A DNA stretch of 64,000 nucleotides from a bacterium (GTDB taxonomy: Bacteria > Zhuqueibacterota > Zhuqueibacteria > Zhuqueibacterales > Zhuqueibacteraceae): assembly GCA_044869275.1 (NCBI GenBank), contig JBIOXB010000230.1:55033-119032 (forward strand). Direction: 5' to 3'. The notes under the pieces are model-generated. The model saw only the letters and a program-made list of their open reading frames with translations, was not told the origin of the DNA and did not search any database. The translations under genes and the position numbers were made by a program. This document shows positions 28,604 to 38,884 of the stretch, in pieces; position 1 is the first letter of the stretch; the number at the start of each line of letters is the position of its first letter.

Positions 28604-29302
28604 TCACCGCCAATCGATCACCTCCGTCTTTTCGGGTATGGCAAAAGAAAAAAGCTGGTCGTTGAGCGGCGGGTTGAGGGCGAAATTCTTCAGGCGATAG
28701 ACGGTAATGTTGTCGTTCAAATCGCGCTGCTCGATTTGCACGGCGACCGAGTTTTTTTTATCTACCCAAACCGTGACGCTGCGCGCGTAAGCCTCTTCGT
28801 CGCGCGCCTCGAGCTGCACCACATGGCAGTCCCTGCCGTCCACAGTTTCGCTGCGCAAATACTTGGGCTTGAATTCGCTGGTGTATTTTATCAACAAGTC
28901 GCGTGGCAGCGGATTTTCATCGGATTTTTCCAGGTGATCGACGAAGACTTGCGACTTTTCCGGCGAATACGTCCACACGGTGGTGCCGTCAGTCACGATC
29001 GTCTGTACCTCGGTTTCAATGCGATAGCGGTCGCCTTTTTTGAGATACAGTTTGCCGGACAGGGTTTGCGTCTCGCCGGCCAGCGCCCAGGTGTAATCTT
29101 TCTCGAAATCCGCGGTGAGGGATTGCAAATTTTCATAGGTGGAGCGCACTTTCGAGATGATTTTGGCGGCATCTTCCTGGGCAAAAAGCAGAGAACAAAA
29201 GGCAAAAGCCGAAAAACAAAGAGCAAAAAGCAACGTCACGGTTCCGGCGGCAACAGCATGGCGCGGGCGACACACTGGGCTAAACATAAATGAAGACTTC
29301 AT
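28604..29302 (-). CDS. lolA: Outer-membrane lipoprotein carrier protein LolA
   Basis: Signal peptide; SLTADF, GKLYLKK..YRIE, IVTDGTTVWTY, DQLFSF.IP; follows ftsK. Confidence 0.85.
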   Translation of the reverse strand: MKSSFMFSPVCRPRHAVAAGTVTLLFALCFSAFAFCSLLFAQEDAAKIISKVRSTYENLQSLTADFEKDYTWALAGETQTLSGKLYLKKGDRYRIETEVQTIVTDGTTVWTYSPEKSQVFVDHLEKSDENPLPRDLLIKYTSEFKPKYLRSETVDGRDCHVVQLEARDEEAYARSVTVWVDKKNSVAVQIEQRDLNDNITVYRLKNFALNPPLNDQLFSFAIPEKTEVIDWR

Positions 29303-31770
29303 CCATTCAATCCCATCTGTTCCAAATAGGTTTCATCCACCAGCACTTCTCGCGCTTTGCTGCCGTCGAAGCCGCCGACGATGCCAGCCGCTTCCAATTC
29401 ATCAATCAAGCGCGCGGCGCGCGAGTAGCCAATTTTCAAGCGGCGCTGCAAGAGGGAGATCGAACCCTGCTGGTGCCGCACGACCAGTTTCAAAGCTTCA
29501 TTGAACAGCTCGTCACGGCGGCCATCCGCAGCCGGGCCAAAGCCGTCATCGCTTTCGCTCTCCTCACGCACCGGCAGCAGCTCTTTTTGATAGAACGGCT
29601 GGTTGCGAATGTGCTCGATGGTGCGCTCGATGTCTTCCGAGGAAGCATATGCGCCGTGAATGCGCACCGGTTCCGGGCTGCCCGGCGGCAGAAACAGCAT
29701 GTCACCGTTGCCCAGCAGTTTTTCCGCGCCGTTCATGTCCAGAATCGTGCGCGAATCGATCTTCGACGCCACTTGAAACGCCATGCGCGCCGGAAAGTTC
29801 GCTTTGATCACGCCGGTGATGACGTCGACCGAAGGCCGCTGCGTGGCGACGACGAGGTGAATGCCAACCGCGCGCGCCAACTGCGTCAGGCGCGCGATGG
29901 GCTCTTCCACTTCTTTCGCAGCCGTGAGCATGAGATCGGCGAGCTCGTCAATCACCAGCACAATGTAAGGCAGCGGTTGCGGCTCGCGTGCTTCCTCCGT
30001 TTCCGTTCCCTCCAGCCCCAAGCCCCTCTCGGCCGGCAAAGCGATTTTGCCCTCGCGCAAACGCGCATTGTATTCCGCGATGTTGCGCACGCCCACACTC
30101 GCCAGTAAATTGTAGCGATTCTCCATCTCCCATTCCAGGCTGCGCAGCACCGCCAGCGCATTTTGCGGTGAGGTGACGACTTCCTCGTTCAAGTCCTCGC
30201 GGTAGCTCAGATGATGCTTGCGCAACATGCGATAGCTCGTCAGCTCGAGGCGCTTGGGGTCAACCATCACGAACTGCACTTCTTTGGGATGGGCCTTGAA
30301 CAGAATGCTGGCGATGATCGTGTTCAAACAAACGCTTTTGCCCGAGCCCGTCGCGCCCGCGATCAGCATGTGCGGCATTTTTTCGATCGAGGTCACATAG
30401 GGCTTTCCGGAAATGGTTTTGCCCAGCGCGATCGTCAATGGCGAAGTTGATCCGCGAAATTCCTCGGATTCCAGGAGATGGCGCAGATAAACGGTTTGCG
30501 GTTCGGGATTCGGCAACTCGACGCCGACCGCGGCTTTGCCGGGAATGGGCGCGACGATGCGGATGCGTTTGGCCCGCATCGCCAATGCCAGATCATCCGC
30601 CAGTGCGGTGATGCGGCTTACTTTAATGCCGGGCGCCGGCTCGAATTCATAGCGCGTAATCACCGGCCCGGGATTGATCTCGCGCACCTCGCCCGCGACG
30701 TCGAATTCTGCTAGGCGTTCCTCCAGCGTGCGCTTGTTGATCAGCAACTCTTCTTTCGACTGCACTTTCTCCTCTTCGTGCGTAACGTGCAGCAAATCCA
30801 GTGGAGGAAAAATGTAGCGATCCAAGCCACTCGCATGAGGTTTTGGCCCTGCTCTCCCGGCCAGCGGGCCGTTGTCCTCCGCGTCCTGCAGTACTTTCTT
30901 GCTCACAGGAGCTGAAGCGATGGAATTCGCTTCGCCCAAAGCGGGCCGTGGCCGCGCCGGCAAACCCGCATTGGGCGCGGAAATGGCGCCGATGGGTGGC
31001 GGCTCGATGCCTTCGCGCAATCGCGCCAGCCTTTTCCATGTCGGTTCCTGCGGCACCGTAACCACGCTGGACTTGGCGGGAGTTTCGTCTTCCTCCTGGT
31101 CGAACTCTTCATCCCCGGCTTCGCGCCTGCTGGCGGATTTCAAGGCAGGCTTTTGCGGCAAACTGGGGTGCCATGCACGCACGGATTCTTTCCATTCTTC
31201 AAAGCGCTCACCGAAGTGGGAGAACCAATCTGCCGCATGGTAATAAGCCTCGCTCAGGCTCAGCCTCATCGTCATCACGAACAAAACGGCGCCGAGCGCC
31301 AGCAACACGATGACGCTGCCGATGGCGCCGAAGACCAGATGCAGATGATAGGCAATGAATCCGCCGATCAAACCGGAATATTTGTAGCCGCTGAGCTTGG
31401 TTTCGGGATCCATGGCATAAGGCAACCCCAAAAACGTGGCGAGATAGAGCGTTCCCAACAAGACATAATAAGTGGCCTGCGCCATGTTTTCGCGCGCGCC
31501 GCCGCGGAAATAATTCCATCCCCACGACATGAGCAAAAAGGGCACCACGACGCCGGGATAGCCGAAGAGGATCTTGATGATCCAATACGAGAGGTACGCC
31601 CCGGCCACGCCCATGGCATTGCGCACTTTGAGAAACTGCATGCCCTGCGGGTCTTCCGCCGTGTCGTACGAAATCAAGCTCACCAGCACGAGCATGCCCA
31701 GGGTCATCAGCAGGATGCCCAAAATCTCTTCCCGCTGATGCTGGTCGATGCGCGCGCGTTTCTCTGCCAT
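29299..31770 (-). CDS. ftsK: DNA translocase FtsK
   Basis: N-terminal TM domain, PHMLIAGATGSGKS, IDELADLM, ATQRPSVDVITG, gamma domain LQRRLKIGYSRAARLID. Confidence 0.97.
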   Translation of the reverse strand: MAEKRARIDQHQREEILGILLMTLGMLVLVSLISYDTAEDPQGMQFLKVRNAMGVAGAYLSYWIIKILFGYPGVVVPFLLMSWGWNYFRGGARENMAQATYYVLLGTLYLATFLGLPYAMDPETKLSGYKYSGLIGGFIAYHLHLVFGAIGSVIVLLALGAVLFVMTMRLSLSEAYYHAADWFSHFGERFEEWKESVRAWHPSLPQKPALKSASRREAGDEEFDQEEDETPAKSSVVTVPQEPTWKRLARLREGIEPPPIGAISAPNAGLPARPRPALGEANSIASAPVSKKVLQDAEDNGPLAGRAGPKPHASGLDRYIFPPLDLLHVTHEEEKVQSKEELLINKRTLEERLAEFDVAGEVREINPGPVITRYEFEPAPGIKVSRITALADDLALAMRAKRIRIVAPIPGKAAVGVELPNPEPQTVYLRHLLESEEFRGSTSPLTIALGKTISGKPYVTSIEKMPHMLIAGATGSGKSVCLNTIIASILFKAHPKEVQFVMVDPKRLELTSYRMLRKHHLSYREDLNEEVVTSPQNALAVLRSLEWEMENRYNLLASVGVRNIAEYNARLREGKIALPAERGLGLEGTETEEAREPQPLPYIVLVIDELADLMLTAAKEVEEPIARLTQLARAVGIHLVVATQRPSVDVITGVIKANFPARMAFQVASKIDSRTILDMNGAEKLLGNGDMLFLPPGSPEPVRIHGAYASSEDIERTIEHIRNQPFYQKELLPVREESESDDGFGPAADGRRDELFNEALKLVVRHQQGSISLLQRRLKIGYSRAARLIDELEAAGIVGGFDGSKAREVLVDETYLEQMGLNG

Positions 31771-31874
31771 TCCTTCACTCCAATCCTGATACAGATCAAC
31801 TTCCCTGCAAAATAAAACCTGGGATTACTCGTGTTACTCAGTGGCTAAAATTTTTGATTTTTCCAAGCTCTTTT

Positions 31875-32972
31875 TTAGTACGGCCGTTGATAAAACGGCG
31901 TTTTGACGAGGCGCGCATTTACCATTCGGCCACGAACATCGATTTGAATCTCCGTGCCCACCGCGCTGCGCGGCGCCGCGACGTAACCCATGCCAATCGA
32001 CTTTTGCAAAGAAGGCGAAAACGTGCCACTGGTCACTTGCCCGAGGTTTTCGCCCTCTTTCAAAATGGCGAAGCCGTGGCGCGCGATGTTCTTGCCTTCC
32101 AGTTCGAACCCAACGAGTTTGCGTTGCGGACCGGCGGTTTTGGTTTGCGCCATCGGGGCTTTGCCGATGAAATCGCCCTTGTCGAGCTTCGTGATCCAGC
32201 CCAAACCGGCTTCAATGGGATTGGTGGTTTGATCGATATCGTTGCCATAGAGACAGAACTTCATTTCGAGGCGCAGGGTATCGCGCGCGCCGAGGCCGGC
32301 GGGCTCGATCCCGAATTCGGCGCCCGCGGCCATGATCGCTTCCCACAAGCGTTGCGAGTGCTCGGCGGGAAAACCCACCTCAAAGCCGTCTTCGCCGGTA
32401 TAGCCGTTGCGCGAAATCAAAGCCGGAACGGCTGCCAGCTCCGCTTGCGCGAACCAATAGTATTTGATCTCCTGCAAATTCATGCGCGTCAGTTTTTGCA
32501 GCGTGGCTTCGGCGTGGCGGCCCTGTACGGCGAGCAAGCCGGTGGCTTCGCTCACGTCGCGCATGTCCACGTTCGCCTCCGCATGTTGTGCGAGCCAGTC
32601 CCAGTCTTTTTGCAAATTGGAGGCATTGACCACGGTCAGGTAGCGATCGGGCAAACGATACACGATCAAATCATCGACGATGCCGCCGCCGGGATAACAC
32701 ATGGCGGAATACTGCGCCTGCCCCACTTCCAGTTTGGATACGTCGTTGATCGTCATGCGCTGCAAAAACGCCAGTGCCCCGGTGCCGCGAAGCTCGAACT
32801 CGCCCATGTGCGAAACGTCAAAAAGGCCGAGGGCGCTCCGGACTTTTTGGTGCTCCTCAATAATGCCGCGGTACTGCACCGGCATCAAATATCCGCCAAA
32901 TTCAACCATCTTCGCGCCGAGGGCGGTATGGACGCCGTACAACGCGGTGCGTTTGGGAGAGGGGGCGTTCAT
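31875..32972 (-). CDS. gcvT: Glycine cleavage system aminomethyltransferase T
   Basis: FGGYLMPVQY, LFDVSHMGE, GYTGEDGFE, GLGARDTLRLE; start ATG 32972. Confidence 0.96.
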   Translation of the reverse strand: MNAPSPKRTALYGVHTALGAKMVEFGGYLMPVQYRGIIEEHQKVRSALGLFDVSHMGEFELRGTGALAFLQRMTINDVSKLEVGQAQYSAMCYPGGGIVDDLIVYRLPDRYLTVVNASNLQKDWDWLAQHAEANVDMRDVSEATGLLAVQGRHAEATLQKLTRMNLQEIKYYWFAQAELAAVPALISRNGYTGEDGFEVGFPAEHSQRLWEAIMAAGAEFGIEPAGLGARDTLRLEMKFCLYGNDIDQTTNPIEAGLGWITKLDKGDFIGKAPMAQTKTAGPQRKLVGFELEGKNIARHGFAILKEGENLGQVTSGTFSPSLQKSIGMGYVAAPRSAVGTEIQIDVRGRMVNARLVKTPFYQRPY

Positions 32973-32976
32973 ATGA

Positions 32977-34185
32977 TCAACCTTCTGATTCGGAACCCAG
33001 CGTGGTATTGCCAGATCGCGGTGCCAGCGCTGCAAGGGCTGTTTTCATGCGGCGCAGGCCTTCACGAATGTTTTCGATCGAGGTCGCATAACTCAAGCGC
33101 ACATAACCTTCTCCGAATTTTCCGAACGCCGTGCCGGAGAGCACGGCCACCCCGGCTTCCGCGAGCAAATAGTCGGAAAGCTTTTTGCAATCCCATGGCA
33201 GCTTTTTGACGTTGGCAAAACAGTAGAACGCACCACCTGGTGTGATGCAGCTCACGCCTGGGATGCCGTTCAGGCCCGCGACCATCAAATCCCGGCGCCG
33301 GCGAAACTCCTGGACAAAGCCCTCGATCTCGCCGGTGGGGCCCTGCAGCGCGGCCACGCCCGCGTCCTGCACGAATGCCGCAGTGCAGCTATTGCTATTG
33401 ATCATCAGGCGCTCGAGCTGTTTCGCCAACGGCACGGGCATCACGCCATAGCCCAAGCGCCAGCCGGTCATGGCGTAGGTTTTCGAGAAACCGTCGAGCA
33501 AAATCGTGCGATCCAAAATATCGGGCTCGGAGAGGATGCTGGCATGCTCGCCTTCATAAATGATTTGTTTGTAAATCTCGTCGCTGAGGATCCACAGATC
33601 ATGCCGCCGCGCCAGCGCCGCAATCGCGCGCACGTCTTCGCGCGTTAGAATGCCGCCGGTGGGATTTTGCGGCGTGTTGATTACGATCATGCGCGTGCGC
33701 GGGGTGAGCAATTTCTCCAAATCGGAGATTTCGAAACGGAAGCCTTTTTCTTCCCTCAACTGCAACGGCACGGCGCGCGCCCCGGAGAATTCAATCACCG
33801 ATTCGTAAATTGGAAACCCGGGATTCGGATAGATCACTTCGTCTTCGGGATCGATCAACGCCAGCAGCGCAAAGAACATGATGGGCTTGGCGCCGGGCGT
33901 GACCACGACATTTTCCGCCTTGAGGGCAAGGCCGCGTGTGCGATTGACATGATCCGCGATCGTCTGGCGCAACTCCATGATGCCGGGTGCCGGCGTGTAG
34001 TGCGTGCGGCCGCGGCGCAGCGCCTGCACCGCCGCTTCCACGATGAATGAGGGGGTATCGAAATCGGGCTCGCCAATCTCCAAGTGCACGATGTTTTTCC
34101 CCTGAGCCTCGAGCTGGCGCGCTTTCGCCAGCACTTCGAAGGCCGTTTCCGTGCCCAGGCGCTCCATCCGTTTCGCGATTTTCAT
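32977..34185 (-). CDS. PLP-dependent class I/II aminotransferase (aspartate aminotransferase-like)
   Basis: IGEPDF, NTPQNPTG, SDEIY, FSKTYAMTGWRLG. Confidence 0.93.
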   Translation of the reverse strand: MKIAKRMERLGTETAFEVLAKARQLEAQGKNIVHLEIGEPDFDTPSFIVEAAVQALRRGRTHYTPAPGIMELRQTIADHVNRTRGLALKAENVVVTPGAKPIMFFALLALIDPEDEVIYPNPGFPIYESVIEFSGARAVPLQLREEKGFRFEISDLEKLLTPRTRMIVINTPQNPTGGILTREDVRAIAALARRHDLWILSDEIYKQIIYEGEHASILSEPDILDRTILLDGFSKTYAMTGWRLGYGVMPVPLAKQLERLMINSNSCTAAFVQDAGVAALQGPTGEIEGFVQEFRRRRDLMVAGLNGIPGVSCITPGGAFYCFANVKKLPWDCKKLSDYLLAEAGVAVLSGTAFGKFGEGYVRLSYATSIENIREGLRRMKTALAALAPRSGNTTLGSESEG

Positions 34186-34189
34186 GCCT

Positions 34190-35236
34190 CTACCAGATTT
34201 TGATTTTCTGAAAATCGTTGATCAGGATAAACACCATCAACGCCAGCAGCAGCGCCATGCCGATTTGTTGCACCACCACACGCACTTTGACGGAAATCGG
34301 CCGGCGCATGGCCGCCTCCAGTCCCAAAAAGACGAGATGGCCGCCGTCGAGCACGGGAATGGGCAGAATGTTCAGCAGGCCGAGCTGCAGGCTTAAGATC
34401 GCGATGAATTCCATGAGCTTGGCAAAGCCCTGCCGCGCAAACTCGCCCGACAGTTTCATGATTTGCAGCGGGCCCGCGAACTCGTCTTTGGAGCCTTCGC
34501 CGCGCACCAAACGCGCGAGCGTCTTGCCGACTTCCGCGGTCAATTGCCACGAAAGCCTCACGCCTGCGACCAGCGCTTCGCCTACGCCGACGTCGCGCGT
34601 GACGACGTTCGGACTGATGCCGATCAAGCCGATCTTCTCGCGCGGCTCGAGCCTGGGCTTCACCAGGGCTTGCATCTTCATGCCGTTGCGATCCCATTCG
34701 AGCCGAATCGTGGAATCCGGGCGGCTGTGAATTTTGCTGGTGAGATCGCTCCACGTGCGCACCTCCTCGCCGTCGATGCGCAGCACACGGTCGCCGGGCT
34801 GCAAGCCCACTTCCTGCGCGGGATATTTTTCCATCACCGCGCCCACCACCGGTTCGAGCGAAGCTTCGGGAATGCCGTAATGATAAGTCAAGCCGGCGAA
34901 CAACAGGAATGCCAGCAGTACATTCATGAATGGCCCGGCGGCAATCACAATGGCGCGCTGCCAGATCGGCTTCGACATGAATTCGTCGGGCTTGCCTTCT
35001 ATATGGGTGTCCATGGATTCGTCGATCATGCCTGCCATTTTCACGTAGCCCCCCAAGGGGAGCCACCCGATGCAGTAATCCGTATCACCGACCTTTTTCC
35101 CGATCATGCGCGGCGGAAAGCCCAGCGAAAAACGCTCCACGCGAATGCCGGCCCATTTGGCGGCGAGAAAATGGCCCAGCTCGTGGATAAAAATAAGCAG
35201 GCCCAGGACGAAAATGAAAGAAAGAATCGTGGTCAT
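34190..35236 (-). CDS. rseP: RIP metalloprotease RseP (M50 + PDZ)
   Basis: HELGH, AGPFMN, PDZ domain, NILPIPVLDGG. Confidence 0.95.
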   Translation of the reverse strand: MTTILSFIFVLGLLIFIHELGHFLAAKWAGIRVERFSLGFPPRMIGKKVGDTDYCIGWLPLGGYVKMAGMIDESMDTHIEGKPDEFMSKPIWQRAIVIAAGPFMNVLLAFLLFAGLTYHYGIPEASLEPVVGAVMEKYPAQEVGLQPGDRVLRIDGEEVRTWSDLTSKIHSRPDSTIRLEWDRNGMKMQALVKPRLEPREKIGLIGISPNVVTRDVGVGEALVAGVRLSWQLTAEVGKTLARLVRGEGSKDEFAGPLQIMKLSGEFARQGFAKLMEFIAILSLQLGLLNILPIPVLDGGHLVFLGLEAAMRRPISVKVRVVVQQIGMALLLALMVFILINDFQKIKIW

Positions 35237-35448
35237 AGAACTCCTCGGCTGTTAAAAGAATTCCTGAGAATTTATCGTAATAATGTCAACTTTGCAAGCT
35301 GTCTTTGCCGGCAAGAACAGCTGCGGCAAAGCAAACTCCACTCGCCACCGGTTGTCCGGCTGGATCTTTTCCTTATTCAACCGCAAGGCAGCAAGCCCTC
35401 AAAGAAATCATGGTTTTGGTCACGGCTCAAGTTCTAGAAAAAACTCCT

Positions 35449-36630
35449 TCAATGCTTAAGCGCCAATGCCCCCAAACACCCTTTCACAAACTTTCGCGAC
35501 CACCGCTCCACCTCCAGCAAGGTTTCAAGATCAATATCGTGGCCATTTCGGTGTTGTTCCAACGCTTCGGAAACCACCTCGGAAATTTGATGGAAGCGCA
35601 GGCGTTCCTGCAAGAAAGCGTGCACCGCTTCTTCGTTCGCCGCGTTCAAAACCGCGGGCGCGGTGCCGCCTTCTGCCAAGGCCTGCAATGCCAGTTTCAG
35701 GCACGAAAATTTTTCGTAATCCGGGGCTTCAAACGTCAGCGTGTGCCAGCGGGAAAAATCCAGGCGCGGGAAGGGATTGGGCAGGCGATCGGGATAGGTG
35801 AGCGCGTATTGGATAGGCAGGCGCATGTCAGGCAAGCCGAGCTGGGCCTTGATCGAGCCATCGACGAATTCCACCATGGAGTGAACGATGGATTGCGGAT
35901 GAATCAACACCTCGATTTGTTGCACCGGCAGGTCGAACAGCCAGCGCGCTTCGATCACTTCCAAGCCTTTGTTCATCAGCGTGGCGGAATCGATGGTGAT
36001 CTTGCGGCCCATGCTCCAGTTGGGATGCTTGAGCGCCTGCGCCACGGTGATTTTGTGGAAATCGCCGGCAGGCCACTCGCGAAACGGCCCGCCCGAGGCG
36101 GTAATGATGACTTTGTGAATGCGCTCGCGCCGCTCGCCGCACAGGCATTGCCATAAAGCGCTGTGTTCGCTGTCGATGGGAATCAGCGTCGCGCCGTGTT
36201 TGCGTGCCAGAGAGGTTACCAATTCGCCCGCGATCACCAATGTTTCCTTGTTGGCGAGCGCGAGCGTTGCACCATTTTTCACCGCCCGCAAAGTCGCCGG
36301 CAATCCGGCAGCGCCGACGATGGCATTGACCACCACCTCTACGTGATCTCGGCTTGCCAACTCGACCAAGCTCTCCGCGCCGAACAGCAGTTCGGTGCCG
36401 AGGGCGGCAAATTCACGGCGCCAGTTTTCTTGCGCTTGCCGATCACCACCGTGCCACTGCACCATCGCCGCCACCCGCGGGCGAAAGTGTCGCGTTTGCT
36501 CCAGCAAAAGCTGGGCATTGCCGTGCGTGGCGAGATAATCGATCTCGAATTCACCCGGCAAAGCGTCAACGACTTGCAGGCAATTGCTGCCGATGGAGCC
36601 GGTTGATCCGAAAATTCCCAGCCGTTTCAT
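35449..36630 (-). CDS. dxr: 1-deoxy-D-xylulose-5-phosphate reductoisomerase
   Basis: GSTGSIG, LANKETLV, PIDSEHSA, TASGGPF, HPNWSMGRKITIDSAT. Confidence 0.97.
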   Translation of the reverse strand: MKRLGIFGSTGSIGSNCLQVVDALPGEFEIDYLATHGNAQLLLEQTRHFRPRVAAMVQWHGGDRQAQENWRREFAALGTELLFGAESLVELASRDHVEVVVNAIVGAAGLPATLRAVKNGATLALANKETLVIAGELVTSLARKHGATLIPIDSEHSALWQCLCGERRERIHKVIITASGGPFREWPAGDFHKITVAQALKHPNWSMGRKITIDSATLMNKGLEVIEARWLFDLPVQQIEVLIHPQSIVHSMVEFVDGSIKAQLGLPDMRLPIQYALTYPDRLPNPFPRLDFSRWHTLTFEAPDYEKFSCLKLALQALAEGGTAPAVLNAANEEAVHAFLQERLRFHQISEVVSEALEQHRNGHDIDLETLLEVERWSRKFVKGCLGALALKH

Positions 36631-36704
36631 GAGCAGAAATACTCTATTTCACAAAAGGACGATGCTATTTTGAAAGAATCCGCTTGTGCGAAAACGCGCT
36701 CGCG

Positions 36705-36732
36705 TCACGACCCCGGACCGACGGGGTCGTGA
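36705..36732. repeat. GC-rich hairpin in an intergenic gap with decayed REP-like motifs
   Basis: TCACGACCCCG / CGGGGTCGTGA 11-bp stem. Confidence 0.55.
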
Positions 36733-36996
36733 TACCTGTTGCAGCGCTCTGGGTTCCAGTTTTTTTGCCCGATCAAATTTGTTTCCGCAATACTTACTAA
36801 AGCCTAACTTTTCCGGACACAGAGCGTCAACGCCTGCATTCCTCCGCTGAGCGGTGGCACGAAAGTTTACACAGGCTGAATCTTGGAAAGTCCCGCCAAA
36901 TCCTTATGAAGTCGTGGGTCCCGCCAATGGCACGGACGACGCTGGCCAAGATTATCATTCCGGCTAACGTGGCTCAGAAAAAAACGGCGCAGGGAA

Positions 36997-37797
36997 CTAG
37001 CGCACGCTCAACGCCGCGCCGGCGGCGAAGCTCCAAAACGTGCTGAAATTGGCCTCGGCATTGAGCTTGACATATGGAATCATCTTGAAAGTCACGCCCG
37101 CAGTGCCGTGCGGAGAAAGCAGGCGGTATTTCTCGTCGATTTCGGGCGGCAAGCCGGAAACGGTCAGGCTCAAATCCGTGCGTTCGGCGCCGCCGCCGCC
37201 ATACAGCGTGACCGCGGACAGCGATTTGCTGATATAAGCTTTCAAGCTCCATGTGCCCACACTGCCGAAATCATAGTTGTCGGGCACGAGCAGGCCTTGA
37301 TAACCGCCCATGATGAGCAGCGCCGGCGAACCCGCCTTGTCTTCCAACAATCCGAACTTCAAGCCTCCGCCAACCAGCGTGACGTTCCCGCCTTTGGGTT
37401 CGCCTTGCACGGGCAAGCTGAAGAATCTGCCATACACCTCCAGCCGCGGCAACACGCCCAAGTTGCCGTGCAACACGCCGAAGGAAGTGAACTCCACGCC
37501 TTCCAGAGGATCTCTCACCGTGGGAACCACGTCGCGGAATTGCTCGGGAACGGGCGAGCCCAGGAAAGAAAGGCGAAGGTCGATACCGCCAATTTTATGC
37601 AGCTCCGCGGTATTGACGAAGCCCGCGCCGGCGAGCGCGTTGTACAATTCCAACAACGCTTCGATCTGCTTGTCGATCTCGTCTTGCTGCACCTGCGCCG
37701 GATCTTGATCACTGATCCAGTCATTGTTTTGCGTCCATGCGGTCGTGGCCATCCCGGCCATCAAGGCGGCGATCAACGCGACGCGAAAATTGCGCAT
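36997..37797 (-). CDS. Putative outer-membrane beta-barrel protein (DUF6588-like)
   Basis: Signal peptide; alternating amphipathic strands (GGGLKFGLL, TLYGGGG, KLNAEANF); family call from memory. Confidence 0.6.
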   Translation of the reverse strand: MRNFRVALIAALMAGMATTAWTQNNDWISDQDPAQVQQDEIDKQIEALLELYNALAGAGFVNTAELHKIGGIDLRLSFLGSPVPEQFRDVVPTVRDPLEGVEFTSFGVLHGNLGVLPRLEVYGRFFSLPVQGEPKGGNVTLVGGGLKFGLLEDKAGSPALLIMGGYQGLLVPDNYDFGSVGTWSLKAYISKSLSAVTLYGGGGAERTDLSLTVSGLPPEIDEKYRLLSPHGTAGVTFKMIPYVKLNAEANFSTFWSFAAGAALSVR

Positions 37798-37808
37798 ACG
37801 GTTTTCTC

Positions 37809-38609
37809 CTATGGGTTGGTTTTGAGAATGTGATAACGCTCACGCCATGTTTCTGCCAAATCCTGTTCGGCGGCGAAAACCTCCTCCTCGACAAAATCGA
37901 GGCCCAGCGCCTTCTCAAAACCCGTGCGCAGGGCATGGGCGGCATCATCAAAACCTCCTGGCAGCGGCAAAATCTCGGCAAGGGTGGTGGTGTGCTCGCG
38001 CAAACGCAGGCGTTCAGCGGCAATCTCCGCCGGTGCGCCGACGAGATAATCAACCAAACGTTCATGCTCGCGCTGCAGCAGAATCGAGCCGTGCTGCAGC
38101 ACCCCTTCGCGAAAGCGGCGTTGCGCACTGCCGGCGACTTTCTTGCCTTGCGCGACGAGCTCATGGCGCGCCGAGCTGGCAAAACACGCCAGGCGCAACG
38201 GTTTGCCGTCGCGATAAAGCCTTTCTCCCGGTGCGAACGCAATATCTGCGCCCAGCAGTCGCAAGCCGGCCGCGATCGCTTCGCTCATGCGGCGATAAAA
38301 ATCCAGCGGCAGCATTTGATACCATTCGTGTGCGGCGGGCACGGTCACGCTGTAGGTCAATTCTTCCGCATGCAAAATCGCGCGCCCGGCCGTGGGCCGC
38401 CGTACCACGTCGAGGCCATCGGCGGCACATTTTTTCAGATCGATTTCCCCGGCGTTCTGATGGTGGCCGAGCGAAATGCAATAAGGCCGCCAGCGAAAAA
38501 CGCGCAGCGTGGGCAGGCCGCAAAAACCACCGCGGGCCATGGCGGCGTCGAGAGCCATGTTGTAATCACCGGGGGCGAAACCGGAATTCAAAAAGCGCCA
38601 GTCTGTCAT
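37809..38609 (-). CDS. Lipoate-protein ligase A / octanoyltransferase (LipM-like)
   Basis: NMALD, PTLRVFRW, VVRRPTAGRAILH..ELTYS, KKVAGSAQ, LQHGSI. Confidence 0.9.
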   Translation of the reverse strand: MTDWRFLNSGFAPGDYNMALDAAMARGGFCGLPTLRVFRWRPYCISLGHHQNAGEIDLKKCAADGLDVVRRPTAGRAILHAEELTYSVTVPAAHEWYQMLPLDFYRRMSEAIAAGLRLLGADIAFAPGERLYRDGKPLRLACFASSARHELVAQGKKVAGSAQRRFREGVLQHGSILLQREHERLVDYLVGAPAEIAAERLRLREHTTTLAEILPLPGGFDDAAHALRTGFEKALGLDFVEEEVFAAEQDLAETWRERYHILKTNP

Positions 38610-38769
38610 CCTTTTGGGGCGGTTGGCTTATGCGGCTAACGGGATATAGAGCGTGTGCTCAGGTTGAACGGTTCCGGAAGTGCCCTCCGCCTGCAAGCGG
38701 ACGAACACAATTGGCTTATTTTTACGACTGGAAGTACTTCATTGTAGCTTTGTACCGGCAACTTCATTC

Positions 38770-38860
38770 TGTCATCCCGCCGTTGCGGGATCTTGGTAGA
38801 TTCGGCACTCGGGCCTGAACGCGGCGGTATCCGAGTCAACCAAGATCTCCGCGGGATGAC
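38770..38860. repeat. REPIN-like pair of inverted GTCATCCCGC repeats
   Basis: GTCATCCCGCCGTTGCGGGATCTTGGT ... ACCAAGATCTCCGCGGGATGAC. Confidence 0.75.
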
Positions 38861-38884
38861 ATTTCAGGGCCTTCGGATAGGCTC

